NCBI RefSeq assembly: GCF_009914755.1
Contig: NC_060932.1
Source: the human T2T-CHM13v2.0 reference genome, Homo sapiens
Direction: 5' to 3' (one strand)
DNA length: 64,000 nt
The notes beneath the pieces were generated by a model. The model did no database searches, was not told where the DNA came from, and saw only the letters and a list, made by a program, of their open reading frames with translations. The translations under genes and the position numbers were made by a program. Of this stretch, positions 17,750-31,699 are shown piece after piece (position 1 is the first letter of the stretch; each line of letters begins with the position of its first letter).

Positions 17750-18070
17750 CATTCATCCCTTGGTATTGAATGGGGATTAATTGGTTCTAGGGCCCCCATG
17801 GATACCAAAATTTGCAGATGCTCAAGTTCCTGATATAAAATGCCCTGGTATTTGCATATAACCTACACACATTCTCCTGTATACCTTAAAACAACTCTAG
17901 ATTACTTATAATGCCTAATACAATGTAAATGTTATATAGCTGTTATATTTTAAAAATTTGTATTTTTGTATTATTGTATTGCTTTTTTTTTTTTTTGCAT
18001 GTTTTCCATCCATGGTTGTTTGAATATGTGAATATGGAACCCATGGATGTGGGGACCTAGTGATCTGTGA
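17750..18070. mobile_element. MER2 (TcMar-Tigger non-autonomous DNA transposon)
   Basis: 'gataccaaaatttgcagatgctcaagttcctgatataaaatg...tatttgcatataacctacac...ctctagattacttataatgcctaatacaatgtaaatg'. Confidence 0.8.
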
Positions 18071-18484
18071 TAGTCAGTGGATCCACAAGGCTTATGGCTA
18101 GAAGTCCCAGAGAAAGGGTCAGTTTTAGAGATACTGGTTCTATTAAAGTAACACCAGCTGTGGCAACAGATAGACCAGAATGTACATCGGCTCAAACTCA
18201 ATAGTTTTCCCTCGTTTCTGAGGCAAATATTCCTTGCTGGTGAATGATTTTGCACCATGTGGTGATTTGAAGACCAGGCCTTGTTCAGTTTACAGATCCA
18301 CTATACCCTAAGGCTTTGTCATAGTCATGCACAGCCAATGGATAGGAAGGAGGGTTACAAAGCCTTGGACCATAGGGGGAACTCATCACTTCTGCTTCCT
18401 CTCCACTGGCTGTCTGTTATACACAGGGTCACTCCTACCTGTAAAAAGGCTATGGAATATGGGCCCAGAAGAATTCAATTTTTG

Positions 18485-18809
18485 TCTTTGCGATAGTTTA
18501 CTGAGAATGATGATTTCCAATTTCAAGGACAAAAAAACACCGCATGTTCTCACTCATAGGTGGGAATTGAACAATGAAAACACATGGACACAGGAAGGGG
18601 AACATCACACTCTGGGGACTGTTTTGGGGTGGGGGAGGGGGGAGGGATAGCATTAGGAGATATACCTAATGCTAAGTGACGAGTTAATGGGTGCAGCACA
18701 TCAGCATGGCACATGTATACATATGTAACAAACCTGCACATTGTGCACATGTGCCCTAAAACATATACCCTAAAAAGTATAATAATAATAAAAAAATTAA
18801 ATTAAAAAA
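18485..18809 (+). mobile_element. 5'-truncated L1PA with a 41-bp twin-priming inversion
   Basis: Antisense piece 18485-18525 followed by sense 3' UTR and poly(A). TSD AAGAATTCAATTTTTG (18469-18484) / AAGAATTCCATTTTTG (18810-18825). Confidence 0.92.
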
Positions 18810-19515
18810 AAGAATTCCATTTTTGATGACTAGTCACTATGCTCTTTTACTCACTATATATCTGCTTGAGAGGACCACCCAAAGTCTCTTCAGAAGCAGT
18901 TTTCTCCAATAGGTCCAGGTATGGCTCTTTATGCTCTAAGACATACAAACTAAAAAGCAGATTACCTGCCCCCTGCAGCCTCCCTTTTACCATTTATGGT
19001 GCTCAGCAGAGACAGGATATCCACAATAACATCTCCCTTTTGGAACAGGAGGAATGCAGAGGTGTGCGATCACAGACTCAGGTCATGATGACACCTGTCT
19101 CTGCGGGCATGACAAAGACTCCCTGCTTTGGTGGTGGAGAAAGGTCCTTGGTTGGACCCAGCATCTGCTCTCTGATATCTCTGGAACTAACTGTCCCGTT
19201 CTCTGGTTTTCTCTAGGAGGTTCTCCTTTGCCCATTATTCTTCCTGGCCACATCTAAAGTGGATATTGGTGAGTATGCACTCCTTGGAGGCAAGCAACTT
19301 TTGCAGTCAACTTCTGGTTTGTTCAGGTTTGAGGTCCTGATAGTTGTATAATGCTCTATCTTGCAAAATTTTATTTTATTTTATATTTTGGTCAGGTCTG
19401 TGATATTGTGGGTCATGTCGCAGAAACTATATGGGCTTCTGGTTTATTTTCTCCTAGGAAGTTTCATTAAGTAACCACACTCTAAGTTCTTTCCTAGATG
19501 TAACTCTCAAATCTG

Positions 19516-19600
19516 TCTTCTTCTTCTTCCTCTTCTTCTTCTTCTTCTTTCCTCCTCCTCCTCCTCCTCCTCCCCCTCCTCCCCCTCCCCCTCCTCTTCT

Positions 19601-19632
<32 letters not shown>

Positions 19633-19693
19633 TTCTTCTTCTTCTTCTTCTTCTTCTTCTCCTCCTCCTCCTCCTTTCTTCTTTCTTCTTCTT
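19516..19693 (+). repeat. Compound (CTT)n/(CCT)n microsatellite; 178 bp of uninterrupted pyrimidines
   Basis: Read directly; includes a pure (CTT)16 run at 19611-19658. Confidence 0.97.
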
Positions 19694-20279
19694 GTTATTA
19701 TTTTGCTTCCTGGCCCCCATGCCTTTCCACCTCTCTTCAACTTAATGGAAGCTACTTTGAGGGCATCTGAAAGAGTAGGCGGGGTGGAAAGGTAGAAAAG
19801 TAACTCCCTTAATCTAAGCTACTTTGCAAACCTGAGAAATCTTAACGGGTCTTCTTTGCCTGAAACCATCTTTAGTCTTTTTTTGTGTGTGTTTGGGATC
19901 TAGAATCAGCCTGATTTTCCTGTCCTTTCAGACCCCAGATTCCTTTTTATTTCTGCTTGTAAACCTGTCTATTTCTTCTTGACTTCAGCTATTTATTGTA
20001 ATACCTTTCTACAAGTGAGAAGGACCAAGATACACTAACATCCCAGGTATTTCCAACTACTTTCCTTAGAGCTATAGGGTCAATAGACACTTGCCTTATC
20101 TTCCAAGTTCAACTGATAGTTTTATCAAATGTTTCGTCACTACATCACACTGGTATCTTTCTTTCCACATTGTGATATCTATGTTCCTTTGTCTACTGCC
20201 CAATTGCTAAGCTCAGGCTATACACTATTTTCATTTGTTAAGATAGCACTCTATTTCAATGTACCATTTTCTCTACTAG

Positions 20280-21345
20280 TTGTGGTGATGCTCAAAAACA
20301 ATATAATGACTGAAATATAAGAGACATTTATTTCTTGGTCACATAACAGACAAAGGTGGTTATTTCTTGTGAGTGGGCAGCTTTCCTCTATGGAGTGATT
20401 TGAGGATCCAGAAATTTTCCATGTCTGGCTCTTTCATCTTCTTGGGTCCTGTTTTTACTGTTATCCAGGCTGCAGAAGAGGAAGGAAGGAATGGAGGAAG
20501 AACTTTCATTCTTTAAAGTTTCAGCTGAGAAAAAGCCCACATCACTTTTGTGTACATTCTGATACAGACAGGAGGCAGGAGAGTAGGGTCCCTGGCAAGG
20601 GCTCTACCCTCAAGCCTGGACCCACGGCCCTAAATGAGAACAGGCATTCCTGTTTTCATGCCGAAATATTGCCTTTTGGCCCACCATGTCCCCCTATCCT
20701 GTGTCCATATAAAGCCCAAACCCCAGGCTCCATGAGCAGAAGAGCAGCAGAGCCACATGGCAGAGAAGAAAAGAAGAGGAACATCTGAACATCGAGAGGA
20801 GTTCGACTGGGGAATGGTCATAGAGGAGATTGGCCACAGGATGGCCAAACTCCAGGGGAAGATCATCTTCCCGCTCCGTTCACTTTCCAGCTCCCCATCC
20901 ATCTTGCTGAGAGCCACCTCCATCACTCAATTCAATTCCTGCATTCACCATCCTTCAAGTCTGTGTGACCTGATTCTTCCTGGATGCTGGGCAAGGACCC
21001 AGGTACCAAGAGGGCGGGGTATAAAAAGCTGTCACCCTGACTCTCCACTGAGTTGGTTAACACTTAGCCATCCATGGATGGCAAAGCTAAAGGAACACTG
21101 TAATACCCCTAGATGCTGCCATGGGGCCGGAGCCCAACAGCGCTCACCCCAGCTCACCTGCATTCTCTCCTTCCTGTAAGGGGTTTGAGTGCATGGTGGC
21201 TGAGTAAATGAGCCACCCCCTTTGTGAGGAGTCCCATGAAGGGGCCAAGGCAATTCTCCCATCTCAGTTCCACTGGTCATGATCAGTTGTATGGCCACAC
21301 TTAACTAATTGTAGGGAAGGTTGTGAAATACAGCACCCATGTGGA
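20280..21345. mobile_element. Old MLT1-type MaLR LTR split by a MER50 solo LTR
   Basis: 'cacatcacttttgtgtacattc' resumes after the insertion as 'cactggtcatgatcagttgtatggccacacttaac'. Confidence 0.6.
20560..21266 (+). mobile_element. Solo LTR, MER50 family (ERV1)
   Basis: TGATAC...CA ends; 'ccctcaagcctgga...gccctaaatgagaacaggcattcctgtttt...catataaagcccaaaccccaggctcc'. Confidence 0.85.
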
Positions 21346-22047
21346 GGAGAAGACAGAATTTTGTTGAGTTACTTATAGTCTGCCATACAAAGACCATTTG
21401 AAGAAGCTCTGAAAGCCCAGAGTCCTCCCATCCCAATGGGTATGCCAGCTTGTACATGTGTCACTCTATGGTATCTGTTCATCCTAGACTCACATTGCAC
21501 AACGTCCTTTGATTCTTCCCTTCTGTGAGGCTTGTAGTCTAAATGTTTGCAAGCATCACTTTGCATCTGTCCTTGAGAGAACCTTATTTTCTGTGTTTCT
21601 GAACCTTCTACTGTTTTATTAAAGTTACCTGGAATCCTGATTACAACACCCTCAAATAACTACTCTCTTAATATCCATTGATGCCACCTTCCCACTTCAT
21701 GGATCTCCTGTAGAGAACATTATTCAAGGATTTGATGATGAAAAAGAGGCTAAATATTACTGGTAGGAGAATTAACTTTTATGGCTCATGTTTCTTATAT
21801 TCCTGACCTGAAACTGAATTCACTTATGGTTGTGTGATATAGATCTTATTTGTACAAGTTATTAAATAATAAATTATGCTAAGCAATATCCTATGTCCTG
21901 TGAAAGTCAACGTTGAATATATATCATTTTTCTTGACCAACCTTGTCCAAGTGGTCTCCTGATTCATAAGGGCTCTTATGTTCCTGAAAGAAATTAGGTA
22001 ACCCCGAGAGATTTTGCTATTCCAGAAACAATGTTGTGTTTTATTTA

Positions 22048-22803
<756 letters not shown>

Positions 22804-23406
22804 TACCATACTCATTGTTACCATTTCCCCCCAAGTCTCTCAGCACCTCCTCAGTTATTCACATTATTCTATGACTTTTTAATATTTGCTGTCAATTATC
22901 TAAATATACTAAGATGAAACATGCTTAGATTACTTAAACACATTATTAGTCAAGGCAGAAATAAGAAAGCTAAGCAGGTTGCTGGAGGTGACAGGAGAGA
23001 TGACTGACTTCCCAGGGCCATGCCATTTTCAGATAACACTGTGAAGGGAACCATGTTTGTCTATGGCGAAGTTCCAGCTTCCCCATCCAGGCTCCCTTCC
23101 TCAGCACATGTACATGTCCAGTGTCCTTTCTCACTATCAGCTGGCCACCAAATAATCTCAACAAAAACCTTTTTTTTTGAGCTTGATAAAGATTTCAGGT
23201 GAGACTTCTTGCTAAGTCATGTTAGAAAGGAACTCAAATTGGAAAAGTCTTCTGCAGAGTGGAAAAACAGAGTTGTTTAATTTTTTTCAATCTATAAATT
23301 GGGATAATGCCAACCTGTCTTTAAACTATGAGGATTACATTAAATAACATATATTTGCCATTTAGCAGAGTATTTAGCACATGGTAGTATATAATTGTTA
23401 TTATAA

Positions 23407-23786
<380 letters not shown>

Positions 23787-26052
23787 TCGCCTTTTCACTT
23801 CTCTATATTCCACTTTAGATGGTAGGGTTAGGGACAACGAGAACCTTATTTTATCTTGTTAATTACGCAGAACATTACTTTATCTTGTTAATCACCACAT
23901 CTCTGGACCAGCAAAGGTGTTATTCCAGGTACCAATAGATTGCCTCTCAATTCCAGATCTACCCTCTTTTTGTCTTGCCTTGTGAAACTCAAGCTAGACT
24001 CCATAAATATTTCTCCTTTGATAGCTGGTCAATGTTAGGCTTTGTCAAGAGAGGACTTTTCAAGACACTGGGAAGGAAGGAAATTCTTTTCCTAGTTCTC
24101 ATATGCTTTTTTCTTTCCTATGACATGGAAACTGGTGCCATGTGGAAGGCCCAGTGACACTTACTCTCTGGCAAGTTTTGCTCATACCAAAGCAAGAGGC
24201 CAGCCCTAGCCTGCTGGCGGCACAGCAAATTTCTCACTTTGCGGTGCATGGATTCCAAGAAGGCCTAAATCTCACCCTTCTGATAGAGGGGAAGATGCTC
24301 CATCAAGTTCTTATTCCCTTCCTTGGACAATCTTCCTAATGCCAAAGAGTAGTAGTTCTCTGCATTTATATTTTCTATCTTATGTCTTTTAGTAATTAGT
24401 TGTCATTTACTAGCTAATATTACTTTATATCAAAAATTTTCTGTTCAAATTATTGGTGTGTCTGTTTCCTGACTGGACCTTGACTGATCTTGGTTGCACA
24501 ATACAAATTCATGGACAAAATGAATGGACTGTCTAAGTATGGCCCTGGATATGGTGGCTGAAGTTTTAGGGCAGAGAGGGATATGGAAGAAGGGAAGGAG
24601 GAAAGAAAAGTATATCCTGCCATTCCATTGTTTATCTTCCCACCTGTTCTCTCCTTGTCTGAAAGCCCAAAGGTTTCTTCTTCCATATATTCTCAAAAGG
24701 CTATGTATCTATATTATCAAAAGCCTCAGCGTGGCCCCATAACACAGAGGCATCTTCTGACTGTGCTCCCAATATCACCTCTCTAAGGGAGTCAACAAGC
24801 CTTGTGATGCAACTCCCAAAGATCACAATCTCTGTACTGGGTCAATGTCTTTTCCCTTATGCTTCATGCTCTCTGTACCTTCTCCTTTCTTCTTTCTCAA
24901 TATGATGCTGATTCTTAGCCCAGATCATAGTCCATATTCAAAATGTAACTGGAATTTGAGAGAGCAGAAGAAACACTGATGATCAGATAGCCTCAAAGCA
25001 AATCCAATTATCAGCAAAACATCTAAGAGATGTATTTGTGGGACCATGGGAATTTTAATCATTCCACATTTATACAACTCGGAAAACAAAATGGTAGAAA
25101 ACAGGAAACTTCTTTAATCAAGCAAAGTCTTTGTGGTTATGGCTGATGAATATGCAAAAGCTTCTCTGAATTTTTTTAGGGCACAAAGTATTGCCACATA
25201 TGCATCCCTAATAGCTGTTTTTAGGTTATTAGAAAGGAATGGGTTTGCTAATCAAGTAAGCCAGAGGCTTAAAGAGATACAGACATTTTTGATTATACAA
25301 AAACCACAAATTGACTCCAAGGCAGAGCACCTGAGCTCTGACTTTCAAATTCACATGTTTCTGATAATCAGCATTGCTGTACTCATTGAGTTAGTCAACA
25401 CCCAAAGGCAAAAATCTTAAGGTTAGGTGAGGCTCTAATGGAAGATTGCAGATCTCAAAGATAGTTCTCTAAGAAGTTTATCATCAAGCTATTACAGAAA
25501 TCCCACTTCCTCCATAAAACTTCGTTAGTAATTGAGGAAATGGATAATTTCCCCTACCTCATACCCTTGCCTATTTCATGATACCTGCTTGCTCCATCAT
25601 TTTACAACAGTTTTTATTTACACCTACCATTTTTTATCATGATTGAAAATAAATTATGCATATGTTCCTGATGAGAATCCAAGTTAGTGTTGTTTGTATT
25701 ATAATTATAGGCAAATAGATGGATGAATGAACTACATATGCTCATTCACTCAAGCAATATTTGTTGACTGTCTACTATTGCCAGGCACTAGGGAAACAAA
25801 GATGAGTCAGACATCAGTCCTATCCAAAGATGAATGGTAAGTCATCCTTCTCTCAGGGAGTTCTCAATCTGGTAAGGGAGACACAGTATGTGGACAAATT
25901 GCTACAGTGTATGTAGAGATATATATGTACATGCCAGCTGCAGGTTAGTACAAATGTGGAAATGATTGACTCTTTCTGTGGTTCCCTACTTTACAGATCA
26001 GGAAATAGAAGCACTGAGAAATCAGGTAACTTGCTGACACTCACACAACTAG

Positions 26053-26742
26053 TGATATGGACAGGAGACCGGGAAATCCTGGGTAGAAGAGGGAAGTTCC
26101 TGGGCAAAGGCCCCACCCTCAAGCCTGTATACCCATGGCCCTAAATGAGACCAGGCATTCCTGTTTTTGTGCCCAAAAAGTTGCCTTTTGGCCTGCTATG
26201 CCCCCTATCCTGCACCCATATAAACCCTGAACACCAGGCTTCAGAAATAGACCAGCAGACAGATGGCAGAATGATGCGGCAGAGAGAGAGAGAGACGAGG
26301 AGGAACATCTGAACTCTGAGAGGAGTTCGGCTGGTGGGTCGTCGGAGAGGAGTCGGGCCTATTCCAGCTCCCTATCCATCCCAGGATAGGGATAGCCACC
26401 TCCACCACTCAATAAAACCTTGCATTCATCCTTCAAGCCCGTGTGTGACCCAATTTTTCTGGGATGCTGGGCAAGAGCTCGAGATACAGAAAGCTGTCAC
26501 TGGCCCTCTGCCCTTGTGAAAAGGCAGAGGGACCATTGAGCTGCAGATGGCAAAGCTGAAAGAGCTTTGTAACTCCTAGACACTACCATGGGCTGGAGCC
26601 CAAAGCACTCACCCCAGCCTCTGCACTTGCCTGTCTGCATGCTCCCCATCCCACATGGGGTTTGAGCAGTGGGGTGACTGAACAGGTGAGACACACCACT
26701 GTCACATGTTCTGCAAGGGGGATCAGGGAACTCTCCCTTTCA
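26053..26742 (+). mobile_element. Solo LTR, MER50, inserted in a MIR
   Basis: TGATATGGACAGGAGACCGGGAAATCCTGGGTAGAAGAGGG...CCCTTTCA; MIR sequence (~25990-27345) resumes on both sides. Confidence 0.88.
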
Positions 26743-26782
26743 TCGGTACATGGAAGAGTCTGGATATGAACCCAAGAAGTAT

Positions 26783-27308
26783 TGTCACCAGGATGGCCCC
26801 TACTGACAGTGGGAAAACTTTAACTGTTTTTTTAAGTCTGTTTATAGGCACAGCTGTTTAAAGAAACCAGATGGTCTGGATGCCACAAGTAGCCCCCTTG
26901 AGACCCGCTGCTGAATAACTGAGGAAGTTCAGACCCACATGAAACTGGTGCAGACCAGAGCAGGCGACCTCCAGTTACCTTTAAGTCATTAACGTATCAT
27001 TATAATACTAGAAATCTTTCCCCTAAGAGAAAATTGCCCCCATTTTGTCTACATGCAGTGTGTGTAGAAACATGTTCATGTACTATGCCTGTGTTTGCAA
27101 CTCCATCCAGTACATGCCCACATACTTCCCCAGGCTTGTGCCCAACTCTCTAAAACTCCCATGCCTCCAGGAAGATGGTGCCTTTGGAACATGAGCTCCC
27201 CTTCTCCATTCTTTGGCCACTGAATAAAAACCTGGTTGACTTCCCAATTGGATGTTCTTTCTTTGCAGCCAATGTGAAGTAGGCAAAGAACACAATTGAC
27301 CAGTGACA
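26783..27308 (+). mobile_element. Solo ERV LTR (family unresolved), second insertion in the same MIR
   Basis: TGTCAC...GTGACA terminal inverted ends, AATAAA at ~27223, and a 4-bp GTAT/TTAT flank. Confidence 0.75.
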
Positions 27309-28897
27309 TTATGTCTCCAGGGGTCTTACTTTTAAGCACCATGCTAACTGCTTTCCCTATTCGCCCTGTGCAAGACCTCACATGGTTGAATATTTAATAA
27401 TTAAATTCGAATGATGTTAGTGAATTCTTTTAGGTTATCGATACTCGTTTATAAGGTTGTGCCCTGATACCAGTGATCAGGACAATGGTGCACTTCTCTA
27501 AAAAGGGTTGTGGGGTCCAGGTTCCACACTTCTCAGCAACATTGACCTCTAAAACCAAGCAAGGCAGGGGAAATCTCTGCAGATTTATACAGCTAGAAAA
27601 ATGAAATGGTTGAAAATAGGCAACTTTAATTAAAAGAATCTTCAACTAAACTTTTGTCTTTGGAGCTGTGGGTCTAAGAAATGGCACCAAAGTATGGTTT
27701 ATACACTTGATAGAAAACCTCTCAGTCACCAAGAAGTGCCATCCTTGCCCCTTGAAAAAGGAACTTTGTCTATTCCTGTATCTTGGATCACATGTTAATG
27801 TCCTTTAAAAGTGGAAATGGTTAGATTCACATTTAACAAAGCACAAATCATTCCCTCCAATATTTGTAATTTTCAGGTGAAATTGCAAGGATGAATAAAA
27901 AAGGTGACCTACATAAAAAAAGGAAATAAAAACCAGAGGGGTGGGTCAAAAAAGTAAAGGTCTTTTTTAAGCTTTTGCTGGGCTGTGTTCCTGAAGGTAG
28001 TGGCCTGTGCACATAAGCCTTTCAGTACCAGCTGAAGAGTCACTAGTCCTTGCTCTTCCATCAGTGCCTCCATATCCACCATATGCAATTCAGAGAATTA
28101 ATGACATTTCAAATCTGTAAGAAAGCCTACTGGGGATGGGTGAATGGAGGAAGCACAAAGGGATATAGATGTTAGGGTCTAACAGTCTATAGAATTCAGT
28201 GAGGGTCAAATAACTCAAGGAGAATCCAGTATTTTAGCCTAGGTTTCAAAGATAAGTGCTGTTCACTAGGTGGTCAAAGAAGAGGAGAGCATTCCAGACA
28301 AGAACAGCTTGAGCTAAGGCGCTTAGGTGAGAAATTACAACTGGTTCAGTATGGTTCGCGTGATGGGCACTAAGCCAAGGAGTGTGACAGATGCTGAGAA
28401 GTGTTAGGCAGGGAGGTGCAATTTTGACTGGCCCTATGGGTCACACCAAAGAGTTTGAAGTCTATACCCTAGGCCAGTGGCTTACTCCCTTGGCTACATC
28501 CATAATCCCCTAGGGAGCTTAAAGAAATTTTAACCACCAAGCCTCACCTGAGCAACTGAGTCAGAATCTCTAGCAGTGGGGTTAGATGTCAGTCTTTTAT
28601 AAAAAGCTTCCTATGTGTATCCTGGGTTGGGAATTACTGCTGTTGACTATGGTGAACACTTAAAAGGTTTTAAGTAGAGATGTGACTTGGTTAGTTTTTC
28701 ATTTCAGAAAGATCACTCTGACTACAGTATGGAGAACAAATAGGAACCATGTGTGAGGGCTGCAGAAAAGACACTGGGGAGGCTGGTGCAGTTCAGGCTA
28801 AAGATGATCAGGGCCAGAACTATAGAAGTGGCCTTAAGACTGCAGAGGAGAAGTTAGGTAACTGTCATCCTCCATCTGGGATTTGGTGGCAAATTGA

Positions 28898-28898
<1 letters not shown>

Positions 28899-28957
<59 letters not shown>
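28899..28957 (+). repeat. (TG)n microsatellite
   Basis: About 29 perfect TG units. Confidence 0.98.
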
Positions 28958-28958
<1 letters not shown>

Positions 28959-28982
28959 GTGGGGGTTGTGGGGAATAGAAGA

Positions 28983-29345
28983 TGTGGTGGATTACAAAAA
29001 TGACCACAGACTCTCTTGTACATACCTTACCATTCTCTCACTAAGCATGAGAGTCTGTTTTTCCACTTCTTGAATCTGAGCTGTGACTTTCTTTGGCTAG
29101 GATAATGTGGCAGAAGTGACATTTACCGAGTACTCTAAGCTTGGGTTCAAGGAATTTTGTAAGTTTGTTCTCTCTCACTCTTAGAACCCTGTGACTCCCA
29201 AGTAAATAAGCCTATCCTAGACAACGAGAGACCCATGGTCCAGTTGTCTGTCATCCCAGCCTACAGCCTGCCAACCACTAGACATGCAAAGGAGGCAATG
29301 ACAGGTGATGGCAGGTACATGAAAGAGCCCAGTGGAGATTACTTT
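28983..29345. mobile_element. MLT1-type LTR fragment
   Basis: 'tgtggtggattacaaaaatgaccaca...ttgaatctgagctgtgacttt...aatgtggcagaagtgac'. Confidence 0.7.
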
Positions 29346-30034
29346 CTATAAAAGACTGTGCTAGACCCAACCTTCAGCTGTCCTCAGGAATGGCCAATAC
29401 TACATCCGGCAAGAGCAATTCCTTTTAATGTTTAACAATTAGTCTCAAAACAGATTGTTTAAATGTCAAAACTTAGAAATTCTTATAATAGAAAAGAAAC
29501 ACGATCAGCTTAAAATACTACCGCATAAGCCGAAGGTCATGTCAATTCAGTTGAGTAAATTAAATAAAGGATCACTGGGGTAGATCGTCATCATCATAAC
29601 ATGGTAGAGGGTTTTTTCCTTTTGAAAGAATGTTTCTAATGTATTTCTTTCTTAAACATACTGTATTGTTTCTCTTAATATGTATTTGTTATTGAGTTTA
29701 TTAATTATCAATATACACATGGAGATAAATGCAAGCCATGCTTGAAAATTATATTACTGAAATTTAACCCATGACTGCAGTTGGACATCTGCCTGGATAA
29801 TAAGCAGCTTTTTCTCTCTTTCAAAATTCATGCTACAGAAGGCAAAAGTCAGTGTTCTTTCATTACTTTACAAAGCCTTTAACAAAAAAGTAGAAATGTA
29901 ACTTCCTACCCCAAACATACTGACAGGCCAAATTCTTGGTCTCTTCCTCACTTTTACCTTTTATGAAGTATCATTCATAATGCTCCTGTGTATCTTCAGC
30001 CAGCATACCAAGCCACTGGGTATTTAAAGTATTA

Positions 30035-30590
30035 GATTTTTATTGCTAAATTACCACAAGGTTAGCAGCTCAATTTTATTATTTTGTTGTTTCTGTAGGT
30101 CAGAAGTCTGGGCATGGTGTGGATTCTCTGCTCAGGGTGTCACTGGGCTGAAATTAAGGTGTCAGTTGGGCTGTAGTTTCATTTGGGCTTATCTTCTCAC
30201 TGCTGGTAAAATTTATTTCCCTGTGGCTGTAGGACTGAGGCCCCCATTTTCCTTTTAGTAGGCTTTAGATAGTTCTCAGCAGCTAGAGGCCACCCACAAT
30301 TTCTTGCCATGGGGCAGTTCACGGCATGGCTGTTTGTTTTTGCAGGCTAGCAGGAGTGAGTAGTCTGAGTGCCTCTTCTGCAACTAGCTGGAGGAAACAT
30401 CGATTTTAAAGGGCTCACTTCATTAGATCAGACCCACCTTGGCAATCTCCCTATTTTGAGGTTAACTGATTGGGACCCTAATTACATCTGCAATCCTTTT
30501 ACAATGGTGCCCAGATTAGCATTTCAGGAGAGAAGATGTGTGTGCACCAGGGCCAAGAGTCTTGGGGGCCATCCTAGAATTCTGCCTACC
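30035..30590. mobile_element. MLT1-type LTR
   Basis: 'aattaccacaag...tctgtaggtcagaagtc...ggctgaaattaaggtgtcag...ggccatcctagaattctgcctacca'. Confidence 0.8.
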
Positions 30591-31699
30591 ATGGCCATGA
30601 TTAAGGGATCCTACAATCACACGATCAGATTCTAATTAAGTTGGGAACAAATATCTTCCACAGCATGAATTCTACCACCCATTTCCTCCTCATAAGTTTT
30701 CCAATTGATTAAACTGTCCAGTTGGATGTTTGAGTTTACAAACTCCCACAATCACAGGTGTTCTAGAGCTCTTGTAGGTCCTGGTGTATGACTTGGTAGT
30801 GCACCAAGGAGGATTAGAGAAGACAGCAGTCAACTACAGCACAGTACTGGGGTGTGAGGGAGGGAGGCCACACCAGGGACAGCAGCAGCACATTTCATGT
30901 ACAAAGCAAGGGAAGAGAGATGAAGCCTTCCTCCTAGCAAGTATAGTTTTCCCCATGTGATTTTATGACTTTTGACATGTCATTTAATGACACCTGACAA
31001 ACCAATATTTATGAGGTTGTGTTTCAGTTTGAAAAAAATGACAAACTTTTGGACAAATAGGACAGTTTCCTATCCTACAGCTCTCTGATGAGGAAATTGG
31101 AAACAGAAATACCATTAATTGTTCTTTCTACGAGAGTGTGTCAATTGTATAATGGAAACTTTGTGATCCTACATAAAACCATTTCTATTACTTCAGAGTA
31201 CAAAGAATTTGCAAAGAGACGTAGGCAGAATGTGGTGTAGGGACTTTAATTTACTTACCTGCAGACTGTTCCCATTCCATCATAACTTTATTTAAATCAT
31301 GGTTATGCTCTTAATTAACAATTTAATTGGTTGGTGCTTTCTCAATCCAGTTCTCTAGGGGCATGGTTTTCTGTTTAACTTTCTTGTTTTAATTCTTCCG
31401 CAAAACCATACAATTTAATTAGGAAAGTAACCAGCTTTGTAACAGCAGTTCTATGTCTAATTAACTATGCTTTGACAGTCTCTTCTCAGATTCCGTTCAA
31501 CATGCACATGCATTTTGCATTTGTTCATGTTTCAGAGAAGACATTGTGAATTTATAGCCTATGCATGTAGTCCAATTACTTTCCACTTTCCCTAAGATGC
31601 TTGGTTACAACTAGTGAAATCAGGAAAATTAACAATGATTCATATATGAATCTGAGAGCCAAAGGCCAAGATGTAGGTTGTTAGTTCACTGTGTGTGTG

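Noticed and set aside
19454-19740. Poly-Arg/Gly and poly-Glu ORFs
   Set aside because: Translations of the microsatellite.
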